Positions 1 to 10,746 of a DNA stretch of 64,000 nucleotides are shown here, in pieces. The translations under genes were made by a program, and so were the position numbers. The DNA is taken from contig OZ251251.1 of the NCBI GenBank assembly GCA_965240325.2, positions 372,001-436,000 on the forward strand, read 5' to 3'. How positions within the stretch are numbered: position 1 is the first letter of the stretch; the number at the start of each line of letters is the position of its first letter. The notes under the pieces were generated by a model. That model was not told the origin of the DNA. It did no database searches and worked only from the letters and a program-made list of their open reading frames with translations. Origin of the DNA: Rebecca billardiae RCC1528. Taxonomy: Eukaryota; Protista; Haptophyta.

Positions 1-48
1 GTAGAAAGCGTCGTCGTCAGCAACGCGTGTCACCGGCTCAGGCGCGCT

Positions 49-360
49 CGCATCCGCCAACACCGCCCGCCCGAGCGACGAGATGAGCAAGAGTTTGTGT
101 GAGAGTGCCAGCATCTCGCCGTCCCTGCAGGAGGGGAAGGCGCACGCGAGCCCGCGCGGGCGCGCATGCACGTCGTCGTCGTCGTAGTGATCGTCGCCAT
201 CGTCAGCACCGCGCGTCTGCCGCGTGCCCGCATCCGCCAACACCGCCTGCACGAGCGACGAGATGAGCAAGAGTTTGTGTGAGAGTGCCAGCATCTCGCC
301 GTCCTTGCAGGAGGGGAAGGCGCACTCGAGCCCGCGCGGGCGCGCATGCGCGTCGTCATC
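49..360. repeat. Direct duplication of about 130 bp with exact 180-bp spacing
   Basis: CGCATCCGCCAACACCGCC...GAGATGAGCAAGAGTTTGTGTGAGAGTGCCAGCATCTCGCC...GGGCGCGCATGC occurs at ~49-180 and ~229-360 with few mismatches. Confidence 0.9.
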
Positions 361-701
361 CTTGTCGGTATCACATAATATTCTGATCGATCAGCTGATG
401 CTGATGATCGACATGCAGCATATGATGCGCGCTTGTGAAGCCGCTACGACGAAGTCGTCAGCACCGTGTCCGTGTCCGTCACATCGTCGTCGATGACGCG
501 TGGGGTCGCGAGCGCTGTGCCAAGGGCGGTGCTGTGCGCACTTGCAGCTGCGCCTGCATGACGAGGATATGCGCTGCTGCTGATGACGCACCGGCAAGAC
601 GACTCCTCGCCCGCCGCGGCCATACTGACGTGCCAACACCGCCCGCTCGGCGGCCGCGTGATGCGTGCGGCGTGCTGACGCCGCGGCAAGCGCGGTCGGC
701 G

Positions 702-1784
702 TCAGTGCGTGCACACCTTGGGCGCCGCTCGGCTCGGCAGCGGCAGCCACACGCTGGTGGTGCGCCGGTACTCCTCGTACGCGGCACGCCGGTGCGGCGC
801 CTCGAGCATGCGCGCCTCGACCATGGCGGTCACGCTGGCGAGGACCGCCGTGTTGAACGCCGCGCCCGCCACGGCCCACAGCGCGTCGGCGCGCGTACAG
901 CACGTCGGCAGCGCGAGTAGCGCGAGGCCGCACCAGAAGGCCGCCTCGCCGCAGTGGTTGGGGTGGCGCGAGTGCCGCCACACGCCCGTCTGCAGCAGAC
1001 CCACGCGCGGCTGGCCGCGCGCCGCGCGGTGCTCGTTCGCCGCCATGAAGGCGGCGAGCTGGTCGTCCGCGGCGCGGGCGAGCAGCAGCCCCGCCGCGCA
1101 CACGAGCACGCCGAGCGTCTCCAGCGCGCCCCACGCCGCGCGCGGCGCGCACCCCTCCGCCGGGCGCGCTGCGACGTAGTGCAGCGGCAGCGAGATGCCC
1201 AGCAGCATCGGCTGCTGCGCGAGCCCAACGGCGAAGAAGGCGAGGAGCGGCCAGAGGCGGGGCGTGCGCTGCTGCATGCGCGTGTACCGCCAGTCCTCGC
1301 GCTGCCCGAACTTCCACTCCTCGCGCCGGAAGTAGGAGTGCGTCAGCCGCACCGCCCAGACCGCCACGAGCGCGTTGGCGGCGAGCGCGCGCGCGCCGAG
1401 CGGCCGCGCGGCCGCCGGGTGCGTCGCGTAGAACAGGCCGATGAGCGGCGGGAGCAGCGTCCAGTACGGGTCGATGAGCCAGAACGAGCGCTGCAGCAGG
1501 CCAACGAGCCAGAAGCCCACCGTCACGTTCGCGAAGAAGAGCGCGTTCACCGCGCGCGCCGGGTGGAGCCGCGCGAGCTCGCACCACGCGCCGAGCAGCG
1601 CGCCGCCGCCGCCGCCGCCCGCCGGCTCGGCGGCGGGCTCGCAGCGCGTGTGCAGCAGGGAGGCGGCCCATAAGGAGGGCACGAGCGCAAGCACCATGAG
1701 GAGCGCATTCCCAACGTTGCGCGCGCTCAGGTGCGCGTGCGGCCGGTAGTCGCCGTGCCACTCGAGCCCGCGCGCCGTCGCCAT
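702..1784 (-). CDS. DUF1295 / steroid 5-alpha-reductase-like membrane protein
   Basis: 360-aa ORF with several TM segments; motifs WLIDPYW, REDWRY, ADDQL and GVWRHSRHPNHCGEAAFW typical of DUF1295. Confidence 0.88.
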   Translation of the reverse strand: MATARGLEWHGDYRPHAHLSARNVGNALLMVLALVPSLWAASLLHTRCEPAAEPAGGGGGGALLGAWCELARLHPARAVNALFFANVTVGFWLVGLLQRSFWLIDPYWTLLPPLIGLFYATHPAAARPLGARALAANALVAVWAVRLTHSYFRREEWKFGQREDWRYTRMQQRTPRLWPLLAFFAVGLAQQPMLLGISLPLHYVAARPAEGCAPRAAWGALETLGVLVCAAGLLLARAADDQLAAFMAANEHRAARGQPRVGLLQTGVWRHSRHPNHCGEAAFWCGLALLALPTCCTRADALWAVAGAAFNTAVLASVTAMVEARMLEAPHRRAAYEEYRRTTSVWLPLPSRAAPKVCTH

Positions 1785-1874
1785 CGTCGCGATTCCTTAT
1801 TGGGCAGAATCCGGTCTCCGGACGCCATTGTCAGCGGCGGAGACGCGCGCGCGGGTGGACTCCGTTGACACAGT

Positions 1875-3004
1875 CAAGGGCGGTAAGGGCTGTCAACTCC
1901 CAGTGGCGCCGAGTGGCGGAGGTTGGTTGCCCCTCAACTCGTGCGGCCTCGCGGCGCAGCGGCTAAGTCTCCTGGGGCGCCGCCCAGGAGGGCGCGTGGG
2001 GTGCGCACGCCGCGGGCTCCTGCGGCCGCGGCAGCGGCCGCGGACACGGCGCGCGTGGTTGGTCGCATGCTAGACAGTATGTAGTACCCTCCCACGCCGC
2101 GCGCCGTGCTCGCCGGTGCCCTCGCCGTGCCTCAGGCCAGCCGCGCACGCGCGCCGCACCAATGGCCAGCCGTGGCCACGCGCCAGCCGCCGGCGCGCGC
2201 GCGGTGCGCGGTGCGGTCGGCGCGGGTCGGGCGCGCGCCCGGGGCGAGGCTTGTGTATGTTGGGCGCGCGTCATGCCGCCTCGCGCCGCCGCACACGAGC
2301 TTGATCACGTTCCACGCGGCTGCTGAAGGGTGCTCGTCGAGCATTCCTCGGCCATCAGAAATGAGCTTGGACAAGCGGCTGTGAGCGCACTGAGTGCGAG
2401 GAACGCGAGCACTTGGGGGCTCGCGTGCCATAGTATGATGCTAGTCGTGCTCATATCAGTGGTCTGCGCTTGTCTATCACGCGTCGCTGCCTTCCCATGA
2501 TCGTCTCAACATGAGCATTTTCAAACATGGCAATGCACACTCGACAGCATGAGAACGCGTGCGCGCCGACCCATGCGGGCTCCAGCGCGGCGGCGCGAGG
2601 CGGCATGACGCGCGCCCAACATACACAAGCCTCGCCCCGGGCGCGCGCCCGACCCGCGCCGACCGCACCGCGCACCGCGCGCGCGCCGGCGGCTGGCGCG
2701 TGGCCACGGCTGGCCATTGGTGCGGCGCGCGTGCGCGGCTGGCCTGAGGCACGGCGAGGGCACCGGCGAGCACGGCGCGCGGCGTGGGAGGGTACTACAT
2801 ACTGTCTAGCATGCGACCAACCACGCGCGCCGTGTCCGCGGCCGCTGCCGCGGCCGCAGGAGCCCGCGGCGTGCGCACCCCACGCGCCCTCCTGGGCGGC
2901 GCCCCAGGAGACTTAGCCGCTGCGCCGCGAGGCCGCACGAGTTGAGGGGCAACCAACCTCCGCCACTCGGCGCCACTGGGAGTTGACAGCCCTTACCGCC
3001 CTTG
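1875..3004. mobile_element. Non-autonomous fold-back DNA transposon (P-element-like), 1,130 bp
   Basis: 418-bp inverted arms at 1875-2292 and 2587-3004; termini CAAGGG...CCCTTG; 7-bp direct repeat ACACAGT at 1868-1874 and 3005-3011. Confidence 0.9.
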
Positions 3005-3215
3005 ACACAGTAGTACAGAACGACGACCGTTGTTCGATCCGTCCGCGCCCGGTCCTAGTTCGTGCCTATCATAGTGCGCAGGTGTGTATCATTGCACGGC
3101 TGCGCGCTGACCGGGATGTCTGACGACTACGATATGACATTCGCGCGTAGTATCGTGATGTCCGTATAGCTGCTATATACATAGTCGTCGTGCATATAGT
3201 CGATTCGATCATCGG

Positions 3216-4655
3216 TCAGTGCAGCTGCGTGGCGACGTTGGCGGTGGCCGCCGGCGCTGGTGCGATTGGCACACGCGCCGTGCTGTGGCCGCCGTGATCT
3301 CTCTGCGCCTGCGCACGGAGGCCGACTTCCAACCCGCCGCACGAGAGCGTGAAGAGCACGAGCATCGTGCCTGCGAACGGCCCCGGCGCGCCGACGGGCC
3401 ACGTGCCGCAGTCGTATAGCGCGCCGATCGCGTAGACGGCGGACGCGCCCGCGAGCGCGCGCGTCATCTGCATCGTCGAGTTGGCGCTGCTCGGCTCGCG
3501 CGGGAAGTGCTCGACGCCGAAGGACTGCACAACGTGCGTGCCCATGCCGCGGCCGAGCTGCGTGAGCAGGTTGAGCGCGACGAACGGCAGCCACGGCGGC
3601 GCGCCTGGCACGCTGGCCGGCCAGATCGCGAGCGCGAGCGCGAGCGCCTGCGCCACCCAGCCGGTGCCCAGCGCCAGCCGCAGCACGCTCAGCTCGCCGC
3701 CCGGCGCGCGCCGCGCGACCAGGGCCGACAGCCGCGCGCCCGTGATGGTGGTGAGCGAGATCGACGCCATGATGCCCACGTACATGCGCACGGGTACCGA
3801 GTAGTGCGTCTGCAGCACGTGGCTCGCGCCCGTGACGAGCACGGGCAGCGAGGCGAACGCGGGCGCCTCCGCCGCCATGTACGTGAGGAAGGAAGGCGCG
3901 CCCAGCACACGGCACAGCGCACCAGCCGCGCGCGCGCACGCGCTGCGCGCGGTCTCGGGGGCTTTGGCGTGGGGCTCGGGCGCGTCGGCGCGCGCCGCCG
4001 CCGCGCGCGCCGCCGCGGCTGCGCGCAGGCCGGGGGCCAAGCGCCACGCCGCCACCACGGCGATCGCGCCCACGAGCGGCAGGATCGCCAGCGCCCACCG
4101 CCAGCCCAGCGCGGACAGCACGAGCCCACCCGCGGCGGGCGAGACGAGGTGGGCGGACTGCCGCACGGCGATGAGCGAGCCGACGGCGCGCCTACGCGCG
4201 GCTGGGGTGGGCAGGAGGTCGCGCACCGCCGCAGCCGCTGTCCCCATCGTCGCCGCGTTGCACACGCCCATCGCGACGCGGAGCGCGAGCAGCTGCGAGG
4301 CGGACGTCACGAGCGGGCACCACACGGCGACGAGCAGGAAGCCCGCGGAGCCGGCGGTGAGCACGCGCGCGCGGCCGTACAGGTCCGCGTACACGCCGAA
4401 CGGCACCGTCATCGCGGCCGCCGTCGCCATCTGCACGCTGATCGTGGCCTGCATCAGCGCGGCGGAGCCACCGCCGATCGCGCGCGTCATGACGGGCAGG
4501 CACGGCGCGTAGCAGTCCATGGAGACCGGGTACATCGCGGCGAGCGTGAGGATCGGAGCCACCACGGTCCAGTCGGGCGGCTGCTCTCCATGCGCGCGCG
4601 CCTCGCCGTCCGACGACGTTTGCGTCAGGGAGGCCGGCGTTCCCTCGGCAGCCAT
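3216..4655 (-). CDS. MFS transporter (Bcr/CflA, DHA1-like drug:H+ antiporter)
   Basis: Multi-TM ORF from MAAEG (ATG 4655); SMDCYAPCLP (motif D2-like) and GVYADLYGRARVL (MFS motif A). Confidence 0.85.
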   Translation of the reverse strand: MAAEGTPASLTQTSSDGEARAHGEQPPDWTVVAPILTLAAMYPVSMDCYAPCLPVMTRAIGGGSAALMQATISVQMATAAAMTVPFGVYADLYGRARVLTAGSAGFLLVAVWCPLVTSASQLLALRVAMGVCNAATMGTAAAAVRDLLPTPAARRRAVGSLIAVRQSAHLVSPAAGGLVLSALGWRWALAILPLVGAIAVVAAWRLAPGLRAAAAARAAAARADAPEPHAKAPETARSACARAAGALCRVLGAPSFLTYMAAEAPAFASLPVLVTGASHVLQTHYSVPVRMYVGIMASISLTTITGARLSALVARRAPGGELSVLRLALGTGWVAQALALALAIWPASVPGAPPWLPFVALNLLTQLGRGMGTHVVQSFGVEHFPREPSSANSTMQMTRALAGASAVYAIGALYDCGTWPVGAPGPFAGTMLVLFTLSCGGLEVGLRAQAQRDHGGHSTARVPIAPAPAATANVATQLH

Positions 4656-4735
4656 GGTCGCGCTGATCTCTCGGCGCTCGCCACCACATGCCTGCCGGAG
4701 TCGCCCCGATGCCGGGCAGGACACGCGCGCTGGCA

Positions 4736-5740
4736 ATGGGGCACGACACCCGCGGGTTGGCGGTGGCCGGCGTGGCCATCCTGGCTGCCGCTTGCCTGCG
4801 CCTGTGCCTCCGCCGCCTCCGCCGCGCGCCGCACGGGGCCATCGATCGAATCCTCGGTCCGCGCAGGCCGATGGTCTGCCACCCGCTGCACGCAAGAGTC
4901 CCCGTCGCCGCGATGGAGTGGCGGCCTCGGCCGAGCGACGTGATCGTGCTCACCTTTCCCAAGTCGGGCACGACGCTGGTGCAGCAGATATGCGAGCAGC
5001 TGCGCTCCGGCGGCTCCATGGAATTCGAGGAGATCACGCAGGTGCAGCCGTGGGTGGAGATCGCCCCCGATGCCGGGCAGGACCTGTGCGCGGACCATGC
5101 GCACGAGCCGCGCATCTTCAAGTCCCACCAGCGGCTCGCCGCGGCCCCACGCGGCTGCAAGATGGTCATCGTCGTGCGCGACCCGGCCGCCGTGCTGGAG
5201 TCGTACTGGGCCTTTGACCTCGCCCACGGCAAGCGCCAGTTCGCGGGATGGGACAGCCCGAGCGCGCTGGCACTGGCGCGCGACTCGCCGTGGTACCGGC
5301 TCGGACTGTGGGGCAACGACCCGTGGGACTTTGTCGCCGACGCATGGGCCGTCCGGCAGCTGCCCGAGGTGCTCCTCCTCAGCTACGAGCTGATATGCGA
5401 GGACCTGCCCGCGCACGTGGCCACGATCTGCGCCTTCCTCGGCCTCGAGCCCTCCGCGCAGCGGCTCGAGCTCGCGTGCGCGCACTCATCGCGCGCCTTC
5501 ATGGCGGAGCACGTCGGGCGCTTCGACGATAGCTGGCTGTTCGAGCAGCTGGCGGCGCGCGGCGGGCGGGTCCCGCCGCCAGCCGCAAAGGTCCACGCTG
5601 CGCCTCGCACGTCGAAGCTGAGTGCGGAGGCGCGGGCAGCGCTCGAGCGCGAGTGGAGCGAGCGCGTCAGCCCTCGCACCGGCCTTGGCAGCTACGGAGC
5701 GCTGGTGGAGGCGTTGCGCGCGCAGCGTCGGCAGGCCTGA
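4736..5740 (+). CDS. PAPS-dependent sulfotransferase (Sulfotransfer_1 family)
   Basis: 5'-PSB loop TFPKSGTT, RIFKSH, 3'-PB motif VRDPAAVLESYW and SYELI; hydrophobic N-terminus; alternative ATG at 4688. Confidence 0.9.
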   Translation: MGHDTRGLAVAGVAILAAACLRLCLRRLRRAPHGAIDRILGPRRPMVCHPLHARVPVAAMEWRPRPSDVIVLTFPKSGTTLVQQICEQLRSGGSMEFEEITQVQPWVEIAPDAGQDLCADHAHEPRIFKSHQRLAAAPRGCKMVIVVRDPAAVLESYWAFDLAHGKRQFAGWDSPSALALARDSPWYRLGLWGNDPWDFVADAWAVRQLPEVLLLSYELICEDLPAHVATICAFLGLEPSAQRLELACAHSSRAFMAEHVGRFDDSWLFEQLAARGGRVPPPAAKVHAAPRTSKLSAEARAALEREWSERVSPRTGLGSYGALVEALRAQRRQA

Positions 5741-5792
5741 TGCCAGGCCAGATCGTTATATAATATATATATATGGCTCCGGCTTCGGTCCA

Positions 5793-5815
5793 CCCCCCCC
5801 CCCCCCCCCCCCCCC
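5793..5815. repeat. Poly-C tract (C23)
   Basis: Homopolymer directly visible about 50 bp after the sulfotransferase stop. Confidence 0.9.
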
Positions 5816-6139
5816 AGTCCGGTCAGTGGAGCGTTACATCTTGACACTGCAATCGGCGGGATCGCCGCCTCTGATGATCTGCTACTACAATCATCGCTCC
5901 TAGCCCACTGCCCAGGCTAGGGGGGCCAAACCGCCCATTTTAAAAAGAAAATCAAAGTCGCGGCGCATTTTCGCTCCACCCTCGGCCTTTTAGGGTGGCG
6001 CGGAGCCTTTTTCTCGGACCCCGCTCGAAAATCGAGCTCCGACGCGTTCGGGCGCTCATCGATGTGAACTCGGGCTGCCTTTCTCATCAGGCTCGGCAAG
6101 GGGTCAGCGCACCTTGGCCTGTCGCGGCACGTGCCCATC

Positions 6140-9100
6140 ATGGCGCCGAATGCGTTGATGGGCTGCCGGCTTTTGGCACAGACAGCCGCCCTCTTGCTGG
6201 GCGCTCTTCTGTGCGGGGCCGTACTCTCCCACTACGCTGGCCTGTCAGCTCCCGCCGCTGAGCGCCAAAGCGGCGCCGTCGACGCGAGGGCACGAGGCGA
6301 GGGCTTCCTGCTCGCTCGCCAGGGCGTTGCGTGCGCAGACGCGTGCGCAGCCATCGACCTGCGGTGTGACTCTCGTCAATACGCAAACCTCGCATCGACG
6401 GCCGCTTTCGGCACCGCCCTGCACCACAGCGGGTCGAGCTGGACGTGCGACGCGGGATTCATCGCCACGAGCGAGGACGACCCGTCCTGGAAGTCGATGC
6501 CGATCGTGTGCACCGATGCCTTCTGCGGCGGTTGGCGTGGCAAGTGCTTGAAGCTTGCCGTGCCCCCCGACGAGGCGCCATTGGGGTGGTGCCGTGCGCA
6601 GCCACAGGCGCACGCGAGCCGGCTGTGCTTTTGTACCGCCGACTCCAGCGCAACCGACTCTCCGTTCTTCGCCCCCCCACCGCCGCTATCGCCACCGCCA
6701 TCCTCACCGCCGCTGCCACCGCTGCCTCCTCCGGGCAGCGGCCGAGGCGAAGGCTTTAAGCTTGCTCGCCAGGGCGTTGCGTGCGCAGACGCGTGCACAG
6801 CCATCGGCCTGCGGTGTGACCCTCGTCAATATGCGAACCTCGCATCAGGAAGTGCCGTCGGCGCTGCTTTGCACCACAGTGGTTCCAACTGGACGTGCGC
6901 CGCAGGGACTAGGCTGAGCTATGCATATGAGCCGTTCTGGACGTCCATGCCGATCGTGTGCACCGATGCCGTCTGCGGCGGTTGGCGTGGCAAGTGCTTG
7001 ACGCTCGCCGTGCCCCCCGACGAGGCGCCACTACGGTGGTGCCGCGCGAAGCCACAGACGCAGGCGAGCCGGCTGTGCTTTTGTACCGCCGACTCGAGCG
7101 TGACCGACGCTCCGTACGCCCCCCCACCGCCGCCATCGCCACCGCCATCCTCACCGCCGCTGCCACCGCTGCCTCCTCCGGGCAGCGGCCGAGGCGAAGG
7201 CTTCCTGCTCGCTCGCCAGGGCGTTGCGTGCGCAGACGCGTGCACAGCCATCGGCCTGCGGTGTGACCCTCGTCAATATGCGAACCTCGCATCGACGGCC
7301 GCTTTCGGCGCCGCCCTGCACCACAGCGGGTCGAGCTGGACGTGCGACGCGGGATTCATCGCCACGAGCGAGGACGACCCGTCCATGCCGATCGTGTGCA
7401 CCGATGCCTTCTGCGGCGGTTGGCGTGGCAAGTGCTTGACGCTTGCCGTGCCCCCCGAGGAGGCGCCGTTGGGGTGGTGCCGTGCGCAGCCGCAGGTGCA
7501 CGTGAGCCGGCTGTGCTTTTGTACCGCCGACGACTTCCCGTACGCACCCCCGCCACCATCGCCTCCGCCATTGCCGCCCCCACTTCCCCCGCTGCCCCCA
7601 CTTCCCCCGCTGAGCCCACTGGGCGATGAGCGATGGCTCCTGGGGGGCGAAGGGGAGGCGTGTGACCTGACGTGTGAGGCGCGTGGCCTCGTCTGCGATC
7701 TCGTGGCCATCCGTCGGGGTGCATCGCCCGAGGATGCATCGCACGTGCGCAGGGCCTCGCTTGCAGCACGGCACTCAGTGTGCACACGCGTGATGCGCAC
7801 TCTTCTGGGCTCCGGTGACACAGCGCTGCCGCGTGCGTGGGCGCACGGGCCTAGTGTAGGTGGGGAGAGCGGCGCATGCGTGGTTGCTGCCACGCACGCG
7901 CATGCTGCGACCGTTACGTGCGTCGCCAGCCCGCCTTCAGGCCAAAGCCGGATGTGCGCGTGCGCCCCCGCCGGCCCGGGGCACGTCTTCACGGGGGCCG
8001 TTCGGCCGGTGAGGGATGCCCCAACCTTCTACTGGAAGGCAGAGGCGCCCTCGCCGGTGGCAGACGCAGGCGCCAGTTGGTACATGCGTGTGCTCGACCT
8101 CTACCCTGAAAACACTGGGAGGTGGAATGCCATTGGCGGGTCCTGGCTGCGCCCCCTCCGAGTCCCATGGGAGACCACGGACGTGTGCGGTTGCGGGCCT
8201 GGAGGACCGCAACCCCGACCTTGGGCGTGCAAATACTGCCAAGGGCTGTGGCAGGTAATGGAGGGTGGCGTGGGCTACGGGCCGAAGGACACGCGCCGCC
8301 CGTGGTGGATTCCGTCAGGCGCGAGCGCCGCGGGCTACTGGGGCGCCAACGGGCACATGTTTGAGCTCGCCTCCAGCGAGAGGGGCATCCCCATCTTCCA
8401 AGGCGCGTGCAGCCTGCAGAAGAATCGCGACGTCTTTGTGGCCAACCAGCTCGTGCTGCCGCCCGGGGCTGGCTTCAGCGCCTTTGGTGGGCCAGGGCTG
8501 CTTGGAAATGCCATCGTGCTCACTCCCTTGTGCGAGACCAGCCCATCAGACACGCGCAACTGCTGGACATACGTCCTCGACGCCGCCAACTGGAGGGGGC
8601 CGGTGTCCTTCGTGCGGCCAGACCTGTGGCAGTGGCGGGTGGATGGGTGGGAGGCGGAGACGGAGCATGTCCCCGACTTCTCGACGCATGGCGTGGGCTT
8701 CGAAGCGGACAGCGGCATCGGCGCGGCGGAGTTCTGGCCACAGGCCGCGATGCACTCCGCCCGGACGGGCGGGTACCGCATCCCCAAGATGCGGTTCGAA
8801 CAGCACTCTGGCCGCTCGGTACTCTCAATGGGATTCAGGGCGTACGCTCCAAGTGACGTATACGAGCCTCTTGCCGACGCACTGGCAGCGGCCACGCGAC
8901 CCGGCGGTTCTGGCGAGCTGCTTCTCGATCCGGCACGCATCATGGCTGGTGGACGCCCCGCTCCGTGCCCTCGCCACAGCGAGGCGCCTGCGTTGTTCAC
9001 GGTGGCCCCAGACGTTAGACTGCGGGTAGGGACTCTCATCACAGCGCAAGATGGACCCGAGGGCGAGTGCGTATGGGCACTACGCACAGAGCGCGCCGAC

Positions 9101-9636
9101 GGGTACGCGCCCGAGTATTTCGATGCAGACCTCCAGCCCCTCGCGGAGACGGCCGCGCCTGCCGAGCTCCGGGCGTCCCCCATCAGCTCTGTCGACCAGG
9201 ACTGGTCGACTGAGCTAGTGGACACTCGCGCGGGGCCGATCGACGAGAGGTCGGAGGGCCCCACGCGCTGCTACTCTGAGCCGGGGCCAGCGGACCCGCG
9301 ACTTTCTGCGTGCAAAACGCCTGGCCGGCATGGCTGGCGTTCCGCTGGTACCGCTTTGCTGACCAGCCCGCGCTGCAGTCAGCCAGGCTCAGCGCCGGCG
9401 AAAAGGCGCACATGCAGGCGCGCGTCGAAGCACTGCACCGTTACTTGGCGGCCTCGCCTGCGAACAGCGCATGGATGAAGCCCCGCGGGGCTGCTGCGGC
9501 ACGCGAGGGCGGGCTCGCGCAGCTGGACCCGGCGACCATCGTGAAGCCTCCCGCAGGACTTGAGGTGGGCTACGTGCCCATCGGGGTTTACCACGGCGTG
9601 GCCAAGCCAGCTGGTTGTGATGTTCACCTTTCATGA
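6140..9636 (+). CDS. Secreted/membrane-anchored protein with Cys-rich repeats, Pro-rich linkers and an uncharacterised C-terminal domain; apparent 1-nt frameshift near 9303
   Basis: N-terminal hydrophobic segment; three ~149-aa Cys-rich repeats plus one diverged copy; adding one T to the TTT at 9303-9305 joins ORF 6131..9478 to ORF 9310..9636 as DPRLFCVQNAWPAWLAFRWYRFADQP. Confidence 0.7.
6293..7560 (+). repeat. Three tandem intragenic repeats of about 447-450 bp
   Basis: CGAGGCGA(G/A)GGCTT...CTCGCCAGGGCGTTGCGTGCGCAGACGCGTGC recurs at ~6293, ~6743 and ~7190. Confidence 0.92.
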
Positions 9637-10746
9637 AGGCGCCATACCACGAGCTTTTGCGATGAGATGGCTGGGAGCGATGAGCTCAACTCCGCTGCCC
9701 GCACCACCCTGTTCTACCCTCGACGCGATCAAGTCCTACTCGTCCAGCCTGACGGTGCATCGCACCTAACGGCATGCTTCATCTGACGGTGCTCCGACGC
9801 ACCTGACGACTTGCTTTGCCCTCGACGGCAGTCATGCCCAGCGGCATGTGCCCGCCCAGTGGCTCTCAGGCCCCGAGTGGCACTCGCGCCCTACTGTGCA
9901 CCCATTGCACCTGCTCACGGCACTCTTCTTGCTCTCGTCACCAGCGCTGAGCGGCACTCCCTTACACCCGCGGTCACGGACCGCCAGACAGCAGCACCAC
10001 CTGTGCACTGCTGAGCGCCGCCGCCAGCGGCGGGACGCCCGACGTGACAGCGGGCTGTGTTCCCAGCAGCGACGATTATTATTATATAGGCAAATAAAAG
10101 CGCCGCGCTCCGTCCTCCAACGAAGACCGCCACGCGGAATAACGCGGCTTAGTGATAGAAAGCAGGCGGGTTCACGTACTCCCGAAATCCCTTATTTGCT
10201 GGACGAGCTGGCGCGGCGCGGATCTGCGGCCTGCTCGCGGCGCCTAATCGTCCGCGACGATAGGCTTATGATTGGCGGCGTCGACGTACGCTTGGCCCAG
10301 CTGATTCAATATTGCCGCAGGCGGCGCAAGTGCACCTTAGGCGCGATCAAAAAATGATCGAGCCCTATGCATTTCACGCGTGAGGTTCTTTTTGCGTCGA
10401 TATATATATATATTATTAATTAATATATATATATATTAATATATATATATACACACGCGACGTCCGGATATCATCGTCATAATGATGCGCTAGCTGCGCA
10501 TCATCATCCCGGCCCACCAACAACAGACTACGATATCGCGCGCTCGGCGCCAGTGCTATAGTCATCACAGTCAACTGTGGTTGCCGCGGTGCGGGAGCGG
10601 CGGGGAGCGCGTCTCGTCATCGCGGTTGCCAAGTCGTGTAGCAATTGAGAGTAGTCACCAGCGTCAGCCGTTGACGTGGTGCGCGCGCAGCCCGCCGCAC
10701 GCGCCACACGGCGCGTGCGCGTCTCGCGGCTGCGCGTGGCGTGCGA

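Noticed and set aside
1865-1874. Alternative 10-bp TSD TTGACACAGT (MULE-like) for element 1
   Set aside because: It would make the termini asymmetric; the symmetric CAAGGG/CCCTTG ends and the second element both give 7 bp
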